Positions 1 to 6,440 of a stretch of DNA of 64,000 nucleotides are shown one piece after another. The first letter of the stretch is position 1; the number at the start of each line of letters is the position of its first letter. The notes beneath the pieces are model-generated. The model did no database searches and was not told where the DNA came from. It saw only the letters and a list, made by a program, of their open reading frames with translations. The position numbers and the translations under genes were made by a program. This DNA comes from a virus. Taxonomy: Duplodnaviria > Heunggongvirae > Uroviricota > Caudoviricetes. The DNA lies in the IMG/VR virus record IMGVR_UViG_3300036951_000304, one strand, 5' to 3'.

Positions 1-111
1 ACCTTTTTATTTGCCACGGCCTGTGTATACACGGTTATGACCACATCAATCAAAACACCCGCAATAAAAACTAATATTAAATAAAAAAACAAACTCATAT
101 CACACATTTTC

Positions 112-185
112 TGGAGCGGGGTAAGGGAATTGAACCCTCGGCATCAGCTTGGAAGGCTGAGGTATTACCACTATACGAACCCCGC
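112..185 (-). tRNA. tRNA-Gly (anticodon UCC)
   Basis: CCA encoded (tgg 112-114), 7-bp acceptor gcggggt/accccgc, T-arm ggg-aattgaa-ccc, anticodon loop CUUCCAA. Confidence 0.75.
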
Positions 186-455
186 TTATTTTTTCTCAAA
201 ATCCGATGTTGGAAATCCCGTCCAAAGAAGAAAATAATTGGCTTCTTTTTCGGCAATCTTTGTGTTCAAACAGAACTTATTTTTCTTCAGATAAGAAACC
301 AACCACTTTCTGAATTGTTCTTCCTGCATCTTTGTCCATCTGTATTTCAGATACCATCTCTCTTTCTTTACTACGGAAGGATCATAAATGGCACCAACCA
401 TTTCAAACATCTTCGACAGGATTTCATCCAGATTTTTTTGTGTCAACTGCTTCAT
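186..455 (-). CDS. hypothetical protein (start trimmed to first Met after tRNA-Ile)
   Basis: ORF 186..554 overlaps tRNA 470-544; N-terminal part translates tRNA sequence, internal Met MKQLTQ at 455. Confidence 0.35.
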   Translation of the reverse strand: MKQLTQKNLDEILSKMFEMVGAIYDPSVVKKERWYLKYRWTKMQEEQFRKWLVSYLKKNKFCLNTKIAEKEANYFLLWTGFPTSDFEKK

Positions 456-469
456 AATAACTCCAATAT

Positions 470-544
470 TGGTAGCCGGGAGAGGAGTTGAACCTACCGT
501 CAAGCGATTATAAGTCGCACGTTCTACCATTGAACTACCCGGCC
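470..544 (-). tRNA. tRNA-Ile-like (anticodon UAU), weak T-stem
   Basis: tgg 470-472, acceptor agccggg/cccggcc, anticodon loop CUUAUAA; T-stem only 3 bp. Confidence 0.5.
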
Positions 545-552
545 ATATTTTC

Positions 553-667
553 AATCGGGGAACGGGGTCACGCCCGTTTCATAGGTTAGGGTCAACCATC
601 CTCTTTTCTGTCAGGTCAAGGCGGTCTATGAAACCCACTTCCATTATCGCTGACACGATACCCCGAT
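553..667 (-). ncRNA. long tRNA-like element (about 115 nt)
   Basis: perfect 7-bp acceptor pairing atcgggg (554-560) with ccccgat (661-667); T-arm-like aacggg-gtcacg-cccgtt; central region too long for canonical tRNA. Confidence 0.3.
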
Positions 668-672
668 ATTTC

Positions 673-758
673 TGGTGAGGAAGGTAGGATTTGCACCTAC
701 ACGCCCTTTCGAGCACAAGCCCCTCAGACTTGCGTGGCTGCTATTACACCACTTCCCC
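673..758 (-). tRNA. tRNA-Leu (anticodon GAG), class II
   Basis: 86 nt, CCA encoded, A73, anticodon loop CUGAGGG, 15-nt variable arm, T-arm gtagg-atttgca-cctac. Confidence 0.7.
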
Positions 759-760
759 AT

Positions 761-839
761 TGGTGCCGGAGGGGAGAGTCGAACTCCCACACTCCTAATT
801 TTAAGTCAGGAAGGTATGCCTAATTCCCTTCACTCCGGC
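761..839 (-). tRNA. tRNA with anticodon UAA (Leu-type) but short variable arm
   Basis: CCA encoded, acceptor gccggag/ctccggc, T-arm gggag-agtcgaa-ctccc, anticodon loop CUUAAAA, 12-nt D-loop, 5-nt variable region. Confidence 0.55.
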
Positions 840-1414
840 TAATCTATAAACTTTGTTTTATTTCCTTTTCTGATAACCGCCTCGATGGAAAACTCCCCGG
901 CCGCTATTACATATCTGTTATCTTTTATGTAATAACTGTAGTTATCGTCACACTTCTTCACATAAATTATATCATAATCCGTAAGATTGTCAATAATAAA
1001 TGGTATCAATCCTATTGTAACTGGCGGCTCATTTTTATCAATCACAAAGAACCATTTGTGATTTGCATTACCAGCAGAAGGTAGTGTCCTTCTCAATTCG
1101 AATAAATCACGATGAGGAACAAAAATAATGAGATATCCATCATCTCTCAATATTCTCCACCAGTTCTTTATTGCCACATCCGGTTTTTCCAAATCCTCAA
1201 GGCAATGTGACGAATATACGAAGTCATAAGTATTGTCCGGAATACCTTTCATATAAGTTGCATCGTGATCTTTACTGATGGATAGATCCCACATATCCAC
1301 ATCCGGAAGAATGGGGTCATTACCACAACCTATATCAATACCTCTTCCATTACAATACTTCTGGAAAAATCCCTCTTCGTGCCTTCTCTTTCTTGCTTTT
1401 CTTGTCTCGGCCAT
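839..1414 (-). CDS. class I SAM-dependent methyltransferase
   Basis: motif I GIDIGCGND, post-I acidic DVDMWD, DFVYSSHCLE, LRDDGYLII; stop overlaps tRNA 5' end by 1 nt. Confidence 0.6.
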   Translation of the reverse strand: MAETRKARKRRHEEGFFQKYCNGRGIDIGCGNDPILPDVDMWDLSISKDHDATYMKGIPDNTYDFVYSSHCLEDLEKPDVAIKNWWRILRDDGYLIIFVPHRDLFELRRTLPSAGNANHKWFFVIDKNEPPVTIGLIPFIIDNLTDYDIIYVKKCDDNYSYYIKDNRYVIAAGEFSIEAVIRKGNKTKFID

Positions 1415-1438
1415 ATCTGTTTTACTTCTATATATTTA

Positions 1439-1516
1439 TGGTGCCGGTGCAGGGAGTTGAACCCCGAAAACCTGCGTTCTAAGCGCAGTATGTATGCCAA
1501 GTTCCATCACACCGGC
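1439..1516 (-). tRNA. tRNA with anticodon UAG (Leu-type) but class I architecture
   Basis: CCA encoded, acceptor gccggtg/caccggc, anticodon stem CUGCG/CGCAG loop CUUAGAA, short variable region, atypical D-arm. Confidence 0.5.
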
Positions 1517-1524
1517 ATAAATTT

Positions 1525-1599
1525 TGGAGCGGATGAACGGATTTGAACCGTCAACCTTCTCGATGGCAACGAGATACTCTACCGTTGAGTTACATCCGC
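1525..1599 (-). tRNA. tRNA-Gly (anticodon GCC)
   Basis: CCA encoded, acceptor gcggatg/catccgc, anticodon stem UCUCG/CGAGA loop UUGCCAU. Confidence 0.7.
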
Positions 1600-1607
1600 A
1601 TATTTTC

Positions 1608-1690
1608 TGGAGCCGATGGAGGGAATCGAACCCCCACAGATTTCTCCGGCTGATTACAAATCAGCTGCCATACCATTAGGCGACATCGGC
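1608..1690 (-). tRNA. tRNA-like, anticodon UGU (Thr-type) with 13-nt variable region
   Basis: CCA encoded, acceptor gccgatg/catcggc, anticodon stem GCUGA/UCAGC loop UUUGUAA; 83 nt. Confidence 0.45.
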
Positions 1691-1697
1691 ATTATTC

Positions 1698-1774
1698 TGG
1701 AATGGGGCGCCCGAATCTAACGGGCTTCGGCATTTGAGCCTTGCTTCTCATAGCCAGTCCATACCAGACCCCAT
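1698..1774 (-). ncRNA. tRNA-like element, anticodon arm not resolvable (possible pseudo-tRNA)
   Basis: good acceptor (atggggt/gccccat) and T-arm gcccg-uuagauu-cgggc but no canonical anticodon stem-loop. Confidence 0.3.
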
Positions 1775-1782
1775 ATATTTAT

Positions 1783-1858
1783 TGGAGCCGGAAATCGGAT
1801 TTGAACCGATAATCTTGTCCTTACGAAAGACCTGCGTTTCCAGTTGCGCTATTCCGGC
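1783..1858 (-). tRNA. tRNA-Thr (anticodon CGU)
   Basis: CCA encoded, acceptor gccggaa/ttccggc, T-arm ucgga-uuugaac-cgau, anticodon loop UUCGUAA with 4-bp stem. Confidence 0.55.
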
Positions 1859-1860
1859 AT

Positions 1861-1937
1861 TGGTGGAGACAGGCGGAATTGAACCGCCGACCTCTTGCTC
1901 TTCAGGCAAGCGCTACTACCTACTGAGCTACATCTCC
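1861..1937 (-). tRNA. tRNA-Phe (anticodon GAA)
   Basis: CCA encoded, T-arm ggcgg-aattgaa-ccgcc, anticodon stem CUUGC/GCAAG loop CUGAAGA, D-arm GCUCAGUAGGUAG. Confidence 0.75.
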
Positions 1938-1940
1938 AAT

Positions 1941-2005
1941 ATTCCCGAGCGGGAATAACCGATAACATTTCTTCCGAAAAGAACCGAATTATTCCCGAGC
2001 GGGAA
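1941..2005. repeat. two copies of hairpin ttattcccgagcgggaa 49 bp apart
   Basis: identical 16-17 nt palindromic units at 1941-1957 and 1990-2006 downstream (minus sense) of the nucleotidyltransferase gene. Confidence 0.5.
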
Positions 2006-2108
2006 CTTTGTTCTATACGGGCTCCCATCCACGGCAGCCATGAGGACTAACCTGATGAGCCTCCCCATTCCTTGTAGGAATGGTCAGCGGGGCATCCCCT
2101 CAAACCCG

Positions 2109-2885
2109 TTATTTCAATAATAGTCTCCTTGCAACATCCATACAGAGTTCGTTTACTCTTACTCTGTCAGGAGAATGAGGAAGTGGAGATAACTCATACC
2201 ACCTTTCAAAGTCCTCATCAAACTTGGAAACATTCTCCATCAACTCATCGTAAGACCAGTATCCGTTTCTCAAAAAAACAAGAAACTCTGCTTCCGGTCT
2301 TGGAAAAGTAAGATTTCCGGTAAGTAACAGTTCCTTACCTTCATACATCAATCTCATCAGATGGGCAGCGTGTTTCGTATCATACCCAAACTTTTCCTCA
2401 AGGGCAAATCTTTCGGGATTTCTGTTTTTCTTCCAGAGTTCCCATGCTTCCCTTTCGGATTTATCGGTAGGAACAAAACCGTCCATCCATCTTTTATGGT
2501 TCTTCAACCTCTTGAGCTGAGAATGAGCATATCCTGAGAAAGTGTGTTTTGCTTTCTTGGAAAGAAAAGCATCTCTCACTTTCAGAACATCAAACCACTC
2601 ATCAGAATGGTTCAACCATTTATCTTCAGGAACAAAAAGCAACTCGACCATATTCGGGTTACAGTCAAGAGTAAGTTTCAGGAACTTTCTGAACTCATAA
2701 AAAACCTTGTCCTGTTTCTTATCCTCAACCTGTTCAACCCTGTCAAGAAAGCCGAGCCAGTATCTTTCCGGTGCAAGGAACACACCCCTTTCATCCACAT
2801 CAGAAGTTTCCGTTGCGGTTCCGTAAAGATGACTTCCGGCTACAGTCCTGAACAATAACTTGTAATCACTTGGTAGTCCTAACAT
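2109..2885 (-). CDS. pol-beta superfamily nucleotidyltransferase (minimal NTase-like)
   Basis: GSHLYGTATETSDVDERGVF = GS..Y..(n)..SD.D nucleotidyltransferase signature near N-terminus. Confidence 0.55.
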   Translation of the reverse strand: MLGLPSDYKLLFRTVAGSHLYGTATETSDVDERGVFLAPERYWLGFLDRVEQVEDKKQDKVFYEFRKFLKLTLDCNPNMVELLFVPEDKWLNHSDEWFDVLKVRDAFLSKKAKHTFSGYAHSQLKRLKNHKRWMDGFVPTDKSEREAWELWKKNRNPERFALEEKFGYDTKHAAHLMRLMYEGKELLLTGNLTFPRPEAEFLVFLRNGYWSYDELMENVSKFDEDFERWYELSPLPHSPDRVRVNELCMDVARRLLLK

Positions 2886-2890
2886 TTTAT

Positions 2891-3472
2891 TTACCTTTCC
2901 TCTTTATAAGGTCTTATCCAATCATTGTAGTTATAATTCAATGTTGGAAAATTTTTCTTGATATGATTTACAAAAGCCATTATCTCCTGTAATTCAACCG
3001 GATAAAATTTCCACCAATCAACACCTACATTGATGAGGATATTTCCTCTTTTTGTATCATTCCAAGTTATCCACTTTGCTCTCCAATTCAAGTGAACGTG
3101 AGCAACAAGGTTGATATTGATATCCCTGTTTATGTGTCTTGGATCGTGGACACAATACAAAAGATTATTTCCGTTTCTCAAAGTGAGATTCTCAATTTTT
3201 GTCTTGAGCCCGTTGTTTTTATCGTGGTTTCCCCTGATAAAAACCTTGTCACCATTCAGCCTCTCAATATAATAATCCACTCTGTTACATTCATTGAAAG
3301 CAAAATCTCCAACAAATATAACGGTGTCCTTTGGTTTCACCCTTTCGTTCCAGTTCCTTATCAAAACCCTATCCATCTTTTCCACGGTCTTGAAAGGCCT
3401 GTTGCAGAAACCAATCATATCTTCGTGACCGAAGTGAGTATCCGCTGTTATAAATGTTCTTCCCATTTTCAA
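2891..3472 (-). CDS. calcineurin-like metallophosphoesterase
   Basis: motifs DTHFGH, GDFAFNE, GNHD (IRGNHDKN), HVHL typical of MPP superfamily. Confidence 0.65.
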   Translation of the reverse strand: MKMGRTFITADTHFGHEDMIGFCNRPFKTVEKMDRVLIRNWNERVKPKDTVIFVGDFAFNECNRVDYYIERLNGDKVFIRGNHDKNNGLKTKIENLTLRNGNNLLYCVHDPRHINRDININLVAHVHLNWRAKWITWNDTKRGNILINVGVDWWKFYPVELQEIMAFVNHIKKNFPTLNYNYNDWIRPYKEER

Positions 3473-3476
3473 TCCT

Positions 3477-3552
3477 TGGTGGAGCGTGAGAGACTTGAAC
3501 TCTCGACCCCAAGACTGCCAGCCTTGTGCTCTCCCAACTGAGCTAACGCCCC
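3477..3552 (-). tRNA. tRNA-Ala (anticodon GGC), G3-U70
   Basis: CCA encoded, acceptor GGGGCGU with G3-U70 wobble, T-arm gagag-acuugaa-cucuc, anticodon loop CUGGCAG. Confidence 0.6.
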
Positions 3553-3555
3553 ATT

Positions 3556-3849
3556 CTATTCAATTACAAATAATTCATCCGGTAAAAATTCCTCAGCAGT
3601 TACTACCTTCCCCGTACTCGCGTACCAGATACTAAAACCCAAATCTTTTAATTGTAATGCCTGTTCCTTCGTCATATTTACCCTGTATGACAAACTATTG
3701 GTTCCCGTGATAGTATCCATAAAGTCAACAATGTCTTTTGCTTCTTTCAGACCAAGAGAAAGCACAGACCTCAACTCCTTGATGACTTGTATTTTCATGA
3801 GGTTACCATTCGGTCTTACATTTTTGTATATGTAAAAATCGTGATACAT
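3556..3849 (-). CDS. ribosomal protein bL12 (L7/L12) C-terminal-domain-like protein lacking the N-terminal L10-binding domain
   Basis: [24 protein letters not shown] matches the L7/L12 CTD core [24 protein letters not shown]; start trimmed to Met after tRNA-Glu overlap. Confidence 0.65.
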   Translation of the reverse strand: [97 protein letters not shown]

Positions 3850-3860
3850 ATTCTTTCCTC

Positions 3861-3935
3861 TGGTACTCCCAAAGAGATTTGAACTCATATTTCCGGCGTG
3901 AGAGGCCAGCGTCCTAACCATTAGACGATGGGAGC
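3861..3935 (-). tRNA. tRNA-Glu (anticodon CUC)
   Basis: CCA encoded, acceptor GCUCCCA/UGGGAGU (G1-U72), anticodon stem CUGGC/GCCGG loop CUCUCAC. Confidence 0.6.
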
Positions 3936-4005
3936 AAAAATTGTATAATTAGGCATAGTATGTCGAAAATCTCTCGACCTTCTGTGCCTCTTTCGACACT
4001 TTTTA

Positions 4006-4081
4006 TGGCGGGCCTTGAAGGATTTCAACCCTCATCTGCTTGTTTTGGAGACAAGTGTGTTTGCGTTTACACCAAAGACCC
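4006..4081 (-). tRNA. tRNA-Trp (anticodon CCA)
   Basis: CCA encoded, acceptor GGGUCUU/AAGGCCC, anticodon stem CUUGU/ACAAG loop CUCCAAA. Confidence 0.7.
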
Positions 4082-4094
4082 GTATTTTATAAAA

Positions 4095-4182
4095 ATTGTA
4101 TCAACGGAATTGAACCGTCCACCACCGCCAAATGACGGAGCTTCAGACCACTAATCGGCACATACGTTTGCCTTTGATACAA
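4095..4182 (-). ncRNA. class-II-length tRNA-like (88 nt), anticodon arm unresolved, CCA not encoded
   Basis: perfect acceptor ttgtatc/gatacaa, T-arm gacgg-uucaauu-ccguu; central 56 nt does not give canonical anticodon arm by eye. Confidence 0.35.
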
Positions 4183-4191
4183 CTTTATTTT

Positions 4192-4267
4192 TGGTGGGTA
4201 TGACAGGATTTGAACCTGCGCTCTATCGGTTAAGAGCCGATTGCATTTGCCACTTTGCTACATACCC
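4192..4267 (-). tRNA. tRNA-Lys (anticodon CUU)
   Basis: CCA encoded, acceptor gggtatg/cataccc, anticodon stem AUCGG/CCGAU loop CUCUUAA. Confidence 0.7.
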
Positions 4268-4276
4268 ACATATTTT

Positions 4277-4351
4277 TGGTGAAGCCGAAGGGAATTGAAC
4301 CCTCAACCTACTGGTTAAAAGCCAGTTGCTCTACCGTTGAGCTACGACCTC
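4277..4351 (-). tRNA. tRNA-Lys (anticodon UUU)
   Basis: CCA encoded, anticodon stem ACUGG/CCAGU loop CUUUUAA, acceptor pairs with two wobbles. Confidence 0.7.
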
Positions 4352-4359
4352 ATATTTCG

Positions 4360-4469
4360 TGGGATGTGGTAGGATTATACCTACTGGCATCACTATTTTA
4401 TAGGGATAAAAAGTTGGCATCCCTATAGAGTGCCCCTTCAGGCCTTACCAACATCGTAGCTCACATCCC
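4360..4469 (-). ncRNA. long tRNA-like element (about 110 nt) with internal 9-bp hairpin
   Basis: terminal pairing gggatgtg (4361-4368) with cacatccc (4462-4469), T-arm-like gtagg-attata-cctac, inner hairpin tatagggat..atccctata. Confidence 0.3.
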
Positions 4470-4474
4470 ATATA

Positions 4475-4552
4475 TGGTAGACCCGACGAGATTTGAACTC
4501 GCAATCTCCACCTTGAAAGGGTGGCGGCATAATCCGTTTCGCCTACGGGTCT
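4475..4552 (-). tRNA. tRNA-Glu (anticodon UUC)
   Basis: CCA encoded, acceptor agacccg/cgggtct, anticodon stem CCACC/GGUGG loop CUUUCAA. Confidence 0.7.
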
Positions 4553-4637
4553 ATATTTTGGAGGGCGGTTTATTCTCATTAACCTACGGATTACCGCGGC
4601 ATCCGGTGGGGCTTTAACCCACATCTCCCATATTTTC

Positions 4638-4713
4638 TGGAGGGCCCGATGGGAATTGCACCCACAATCTACGGTTTTGCAGACCGTCGCCTTAGCTATT
4701 TGGCCACGAGCCC
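4638..4713 (-). tRNA. tRNA-Cys (anticodon GCA)
   Basis: CCA encoded, anticodon stem ACGGU/ACCGU loop CUGCAAA, T-arm with aauugca loop. Confidence 0.7.
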
Positions 4714-4718
4714 ATTAA

Positions 4719-4830
4719 GTGTAGATGCTTGCAAGTCATCTACACAGAACCGATTTTCACGGTTCTCTCTTTCCATAGGTTGATGAACGGTTATGATTTC
4801 CCGTTCCGTTCCCTATGGCGTGATGGAAGA
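4719..4830. other. nested stable hairpins in spacer between tRNA-Cys and tRNA-Asp
   Basis: 9-bp stem gtgtagatg/catctacac, 7-bp agaaccg/cggttct, 7-bp ccatagg/cctatgg enclosing gaacgg/ccgttc. Confidence 0.45.
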
Positions 4831-4844
4831 GTACCACCAAGTTC

Positions 4845-4920
4845 TGGCGACCTTGATGGGAGTTGCACCCACGCCTACTTGATTGACAGTCAAGTGCTCT
4901 GGCTACTAAGCTACAAGGCC
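4845..4920 (-). tRNA. tRNA-Asp (anticodon GUC)
   Basis: CCA encoded, anticodon stem CUUGA/UCAAG loop CUGUCAA. Confidence 0.7.
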
Positions 4921-5044
4921 ATTCTATAGATGGGTAGGTTTCCAACCCTACTGGACGGTGTTTACCCTCTTGTGTGACCAAGCTTTAGTAGAAGCCCACA
5001 ATACTATCAACCGTTACTGATACTACTATATCACCATCTATTTT

Positions 5045-5121
5045 TGGGGTGACAGACGGGAATCGAACCCGCTCCTTACAGGGGCCACAACCCTGTGCCT
5101 CACCATTTGGCTTCTGCCACC
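5045..5121 (-). tRNA. tRNA-His (anticodon GUG) with encoded G-1
   Basis: CCA encoded, anticodon stem CAGGG/CCCUG loop UUGUGGC, extra 5' G (from c5121) opposite C73 discriminator. Confidence 0.75.
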
Positions 5122-5129
5122 ATATATTT

Positions 5130-5219
5130 TGGTGGGAGATGGAGGAGTTGAACCACCCGTCTGCCGCCCCACATAATTATAGACAACGGTTTTACAGACC
5201 GCCGTGGGGAACATCTCCC
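5130..5219 (-). tRNA. tRNA-Tyr-like (anticodon loop CUGUAAA, GUA), 90 nt, atypical D/variable regions
   Basis: CCA encoded, perfect acceptor gggagat/atctccc, T-arm, anticodon loop identical to bacterial tRNA-Tyr; D-arm region shortened and variable region very long. Confidence 0.5.
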
Positions 5220-5226
5220 GTGTTTT

Positions 5227-5299
5227 TGGTAGCGGGTGAGGGAATCGAACCCCCTGAACCTTGGTTATGAGCCATGGCGAGATACCAATCTTACCCGCG
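5227..5299 (-). tRNA. tRNA-Met or Ile2 (anticodon CAU) with C1-U72 mismatch
   Basis: CCA encoded, acceptor CGCGGGU/ACCCGCU, anticodon loop CUCAUAA. Confidence 0.6.
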
Positions 5300-5380
5300 A
5301 AAATCCCGCCCGGGGAATTGAAGGAACCTTATTCTAACGATGTTATACATCGTGCTGGATTCGATACCAGCATCACCGGG
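5300..5380 (-). ncRNA. degenerate tRNA-like spacer element
   Basis: flanked by conserved inter-tRNA motifs, contains ggaattgaagg T-loop-like sequence but stems do not pair; hairpin gctgg-tatcgaat-ccagc. Confidence 0.2.
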
Positions 5381-5386
5381 ATATTT

Positions 5387-5463
5387 TGGTGGAGCGTGAG
5401 AGATTCGAACTCTCTGCCTTCTCGGTGCAAGCGAGATGCTCTCCCATAGTGAGCTAACGCCCC
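5387..5463 (-). tRNA. tRNA-Ala (anticodon UGC), G3-U70
   Basis: CCA encoded, acceptor GGGGCGU G3-U70, perfect T-arm gagag-auucgaa-cucuc, anticodon stem UCUCG/CGAGA loop CUUGCAC. Confidence 0.75.
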
Positions 5464-5561
5464 ATATTTTTTCTGGGCGTGGTGATGGCCGGTATTGGAC
5501 ATAAGTTTTATCCGGCTTCCTCCTCACATTTCTGCAATCACCACGACATTTTTTTACAGAT

Positions 5562-5672
5562 TGACATTATCCCATTCCTAATCACTCTACCGCGCACTCC
5601 CGGTTTCCGGCCGGCGGCTCGTCATAGATTCAATATAGTCACAGAAATAATCTCGAGCGCCAATCTGTATAT
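5562..5672. repeat. structured spacer element copy A (paralog of 6228-6298)
   Basis: terminal 8-bp stem acagattg/caatctgt, contains agaTTGACAttatccc and GC-rich inner hairpins ccgg-ttt-ccgg, ccggccgg. Confidence 0.5.
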
Positions 5673-5686
5673 TCTGTTTTCAAAGA

Positions 5687-5762
5687 TGGTAGAATCGGCG
5701 GGAGTTGAACCCACGACCTTTGCCGTGTCAGGGCAACGCTCTCCCAACTGAGCTACGATTCT
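5687..5762 (-). tRNA. tRNA-Val (anticodon GAC)
   Basis: CCA encoded, canonical D-arm UAGCUCAGUUGGGAGAGC, anticodon stem UUGCC/GGCAA loop CUGACAC. Confidence 0.75.
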
Positions 5763-5858
5763 ATAGTGAGTAAGGTGTTTTCGTTGTGGTTATCCTCACT
5801 CATTACCACACCATTACATATAGGGCTCTTACCGCCTATATGAGTAATTCATAGAGGT

Positions 5859-5960
5859 GTTGTCAGGTGGGAGTTGAACCCACATTTCCTTTATGGAAGT
5901 GTCCGCCGCGCGACGAATTTACTTCCTCAAAGTTGTCCTATCCATTAGACGAACTGACCA
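5859..5960 (-). ncRNA. long tRNA-like element (about 100 nt); anticodon arm replaced by 12-bp hairpin with 20-nt loop
   Basis: acceptor ttgtcag/ctgacca, T-arm gtggg-agttgaa-cccac, D-arm-like GUCU..GGAC, long hairpin CUUUGAGGAAGU...ACUUCCAUAAAG. Confidence 0.3.
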
Positions 5961-5997
5961 AGGCGTTCCGGACTACCTTGTTTACACCTATATTTTC

Positions 5998-6073
5998 TGG
6001 TAGCCGGTGAGGGAATTGAACCCCCGGCCCTCACGGTGTAAACGTGATGCTCTCCCAATTGAGCTAACCGGCT
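5998..6073 (-). tRNA. tRNA-Val (anticodon UAC)
   Basis: CCA encoded, acceptor agccggt/accggct, anticodon stem UCACG/CGUGA loop UUUACAC. Confidence 0.75.
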
Positions 6074-6077
6074 ATAT

Positions 6078-6213
6078 AAAGAGGTTGTAGCATATACATC
6101 GTATACTATGTAATATGTGTCTAACTCTTATCTACTTCGTATCCCTTGCAATCAGGCTACAGGTCAGCCCGGCCTCAGGCTGACATTCGATGAAGTGTTT
6201 CCACTCACAACCT
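6078..6213. other. structured spacer with long-range inverted repeat and inner hairpin
   Basis: aagaggttg (6079-6087) pairs caacctct (6204-6211); inner stem gtcagcc/ggctgac. Confidence 0.35.
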
Positions 6214-6227
6214 CTATATTTTGTGTA

Positions 6228-6298
6228 GATTGACATTACCCTGTTACGAGGTGACGCCCCCATTTGTAACAGTAATAATTCCGGACGCCAATCTACAT
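6228..6298. repeat. structured spacer element copy B (paralog of 5562-5672)
   Basis: terminal stem gtagattgac/gccaatctac, contains TTGACAttaccc, inner 7-bp hairpin ctgttac/gtaacag. Confidence 0.5.
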
Positions 6299-6300
6299 TC

Positions 6301-6376
6301 TGGTCGGAGAGACAGGATTTGAACCTGCGACTTCTTGATCCCAAGTCAAGCACGCTACCATCTGCGCCACTCTCCG
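6301..6376 (-). tRNA. tRNA-Pro (anticodon UGG)
   Basis: CCA encoded, acceptor cggagag/ctctccg, anticodon stem CUUGA/UCAAG loop CUUGGGA. Confidence 0.75.
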
Positions 6377-6379
6377 ATA

Positions 6380-6440
6380 TTTTTCAAAGAACAAAAACAA
6401 AAAAGGGAGATTGAGTCAAAACCCAATCTCCCTTCAATAA
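6380..6440 (-). terminator. rho-independent terminator (minus strand)
   Basis: 9-bp stem gggagattg/caatctccc followed on minus strand by TTTTTTGTTTTTG. Confidence 0.6.

Noticed and set aside
1734-1958. Plus-strand ORFs in the tRNA array (1278..1460, 1734..1958, 3960..4154, 4729..4929, 5049..5751 series, 6132..6353)
   Set aside because: They lie antisense to or within tRNA genes; the translations contain tRNA-derived low-complexity sequence.
2040-2100. CUGAUGAG motif suggesting a hammerhead ribozyme
   Set aside because: No matching GAAA or stem III and no cleavage-site context were found. Kept only as a generic structured element.
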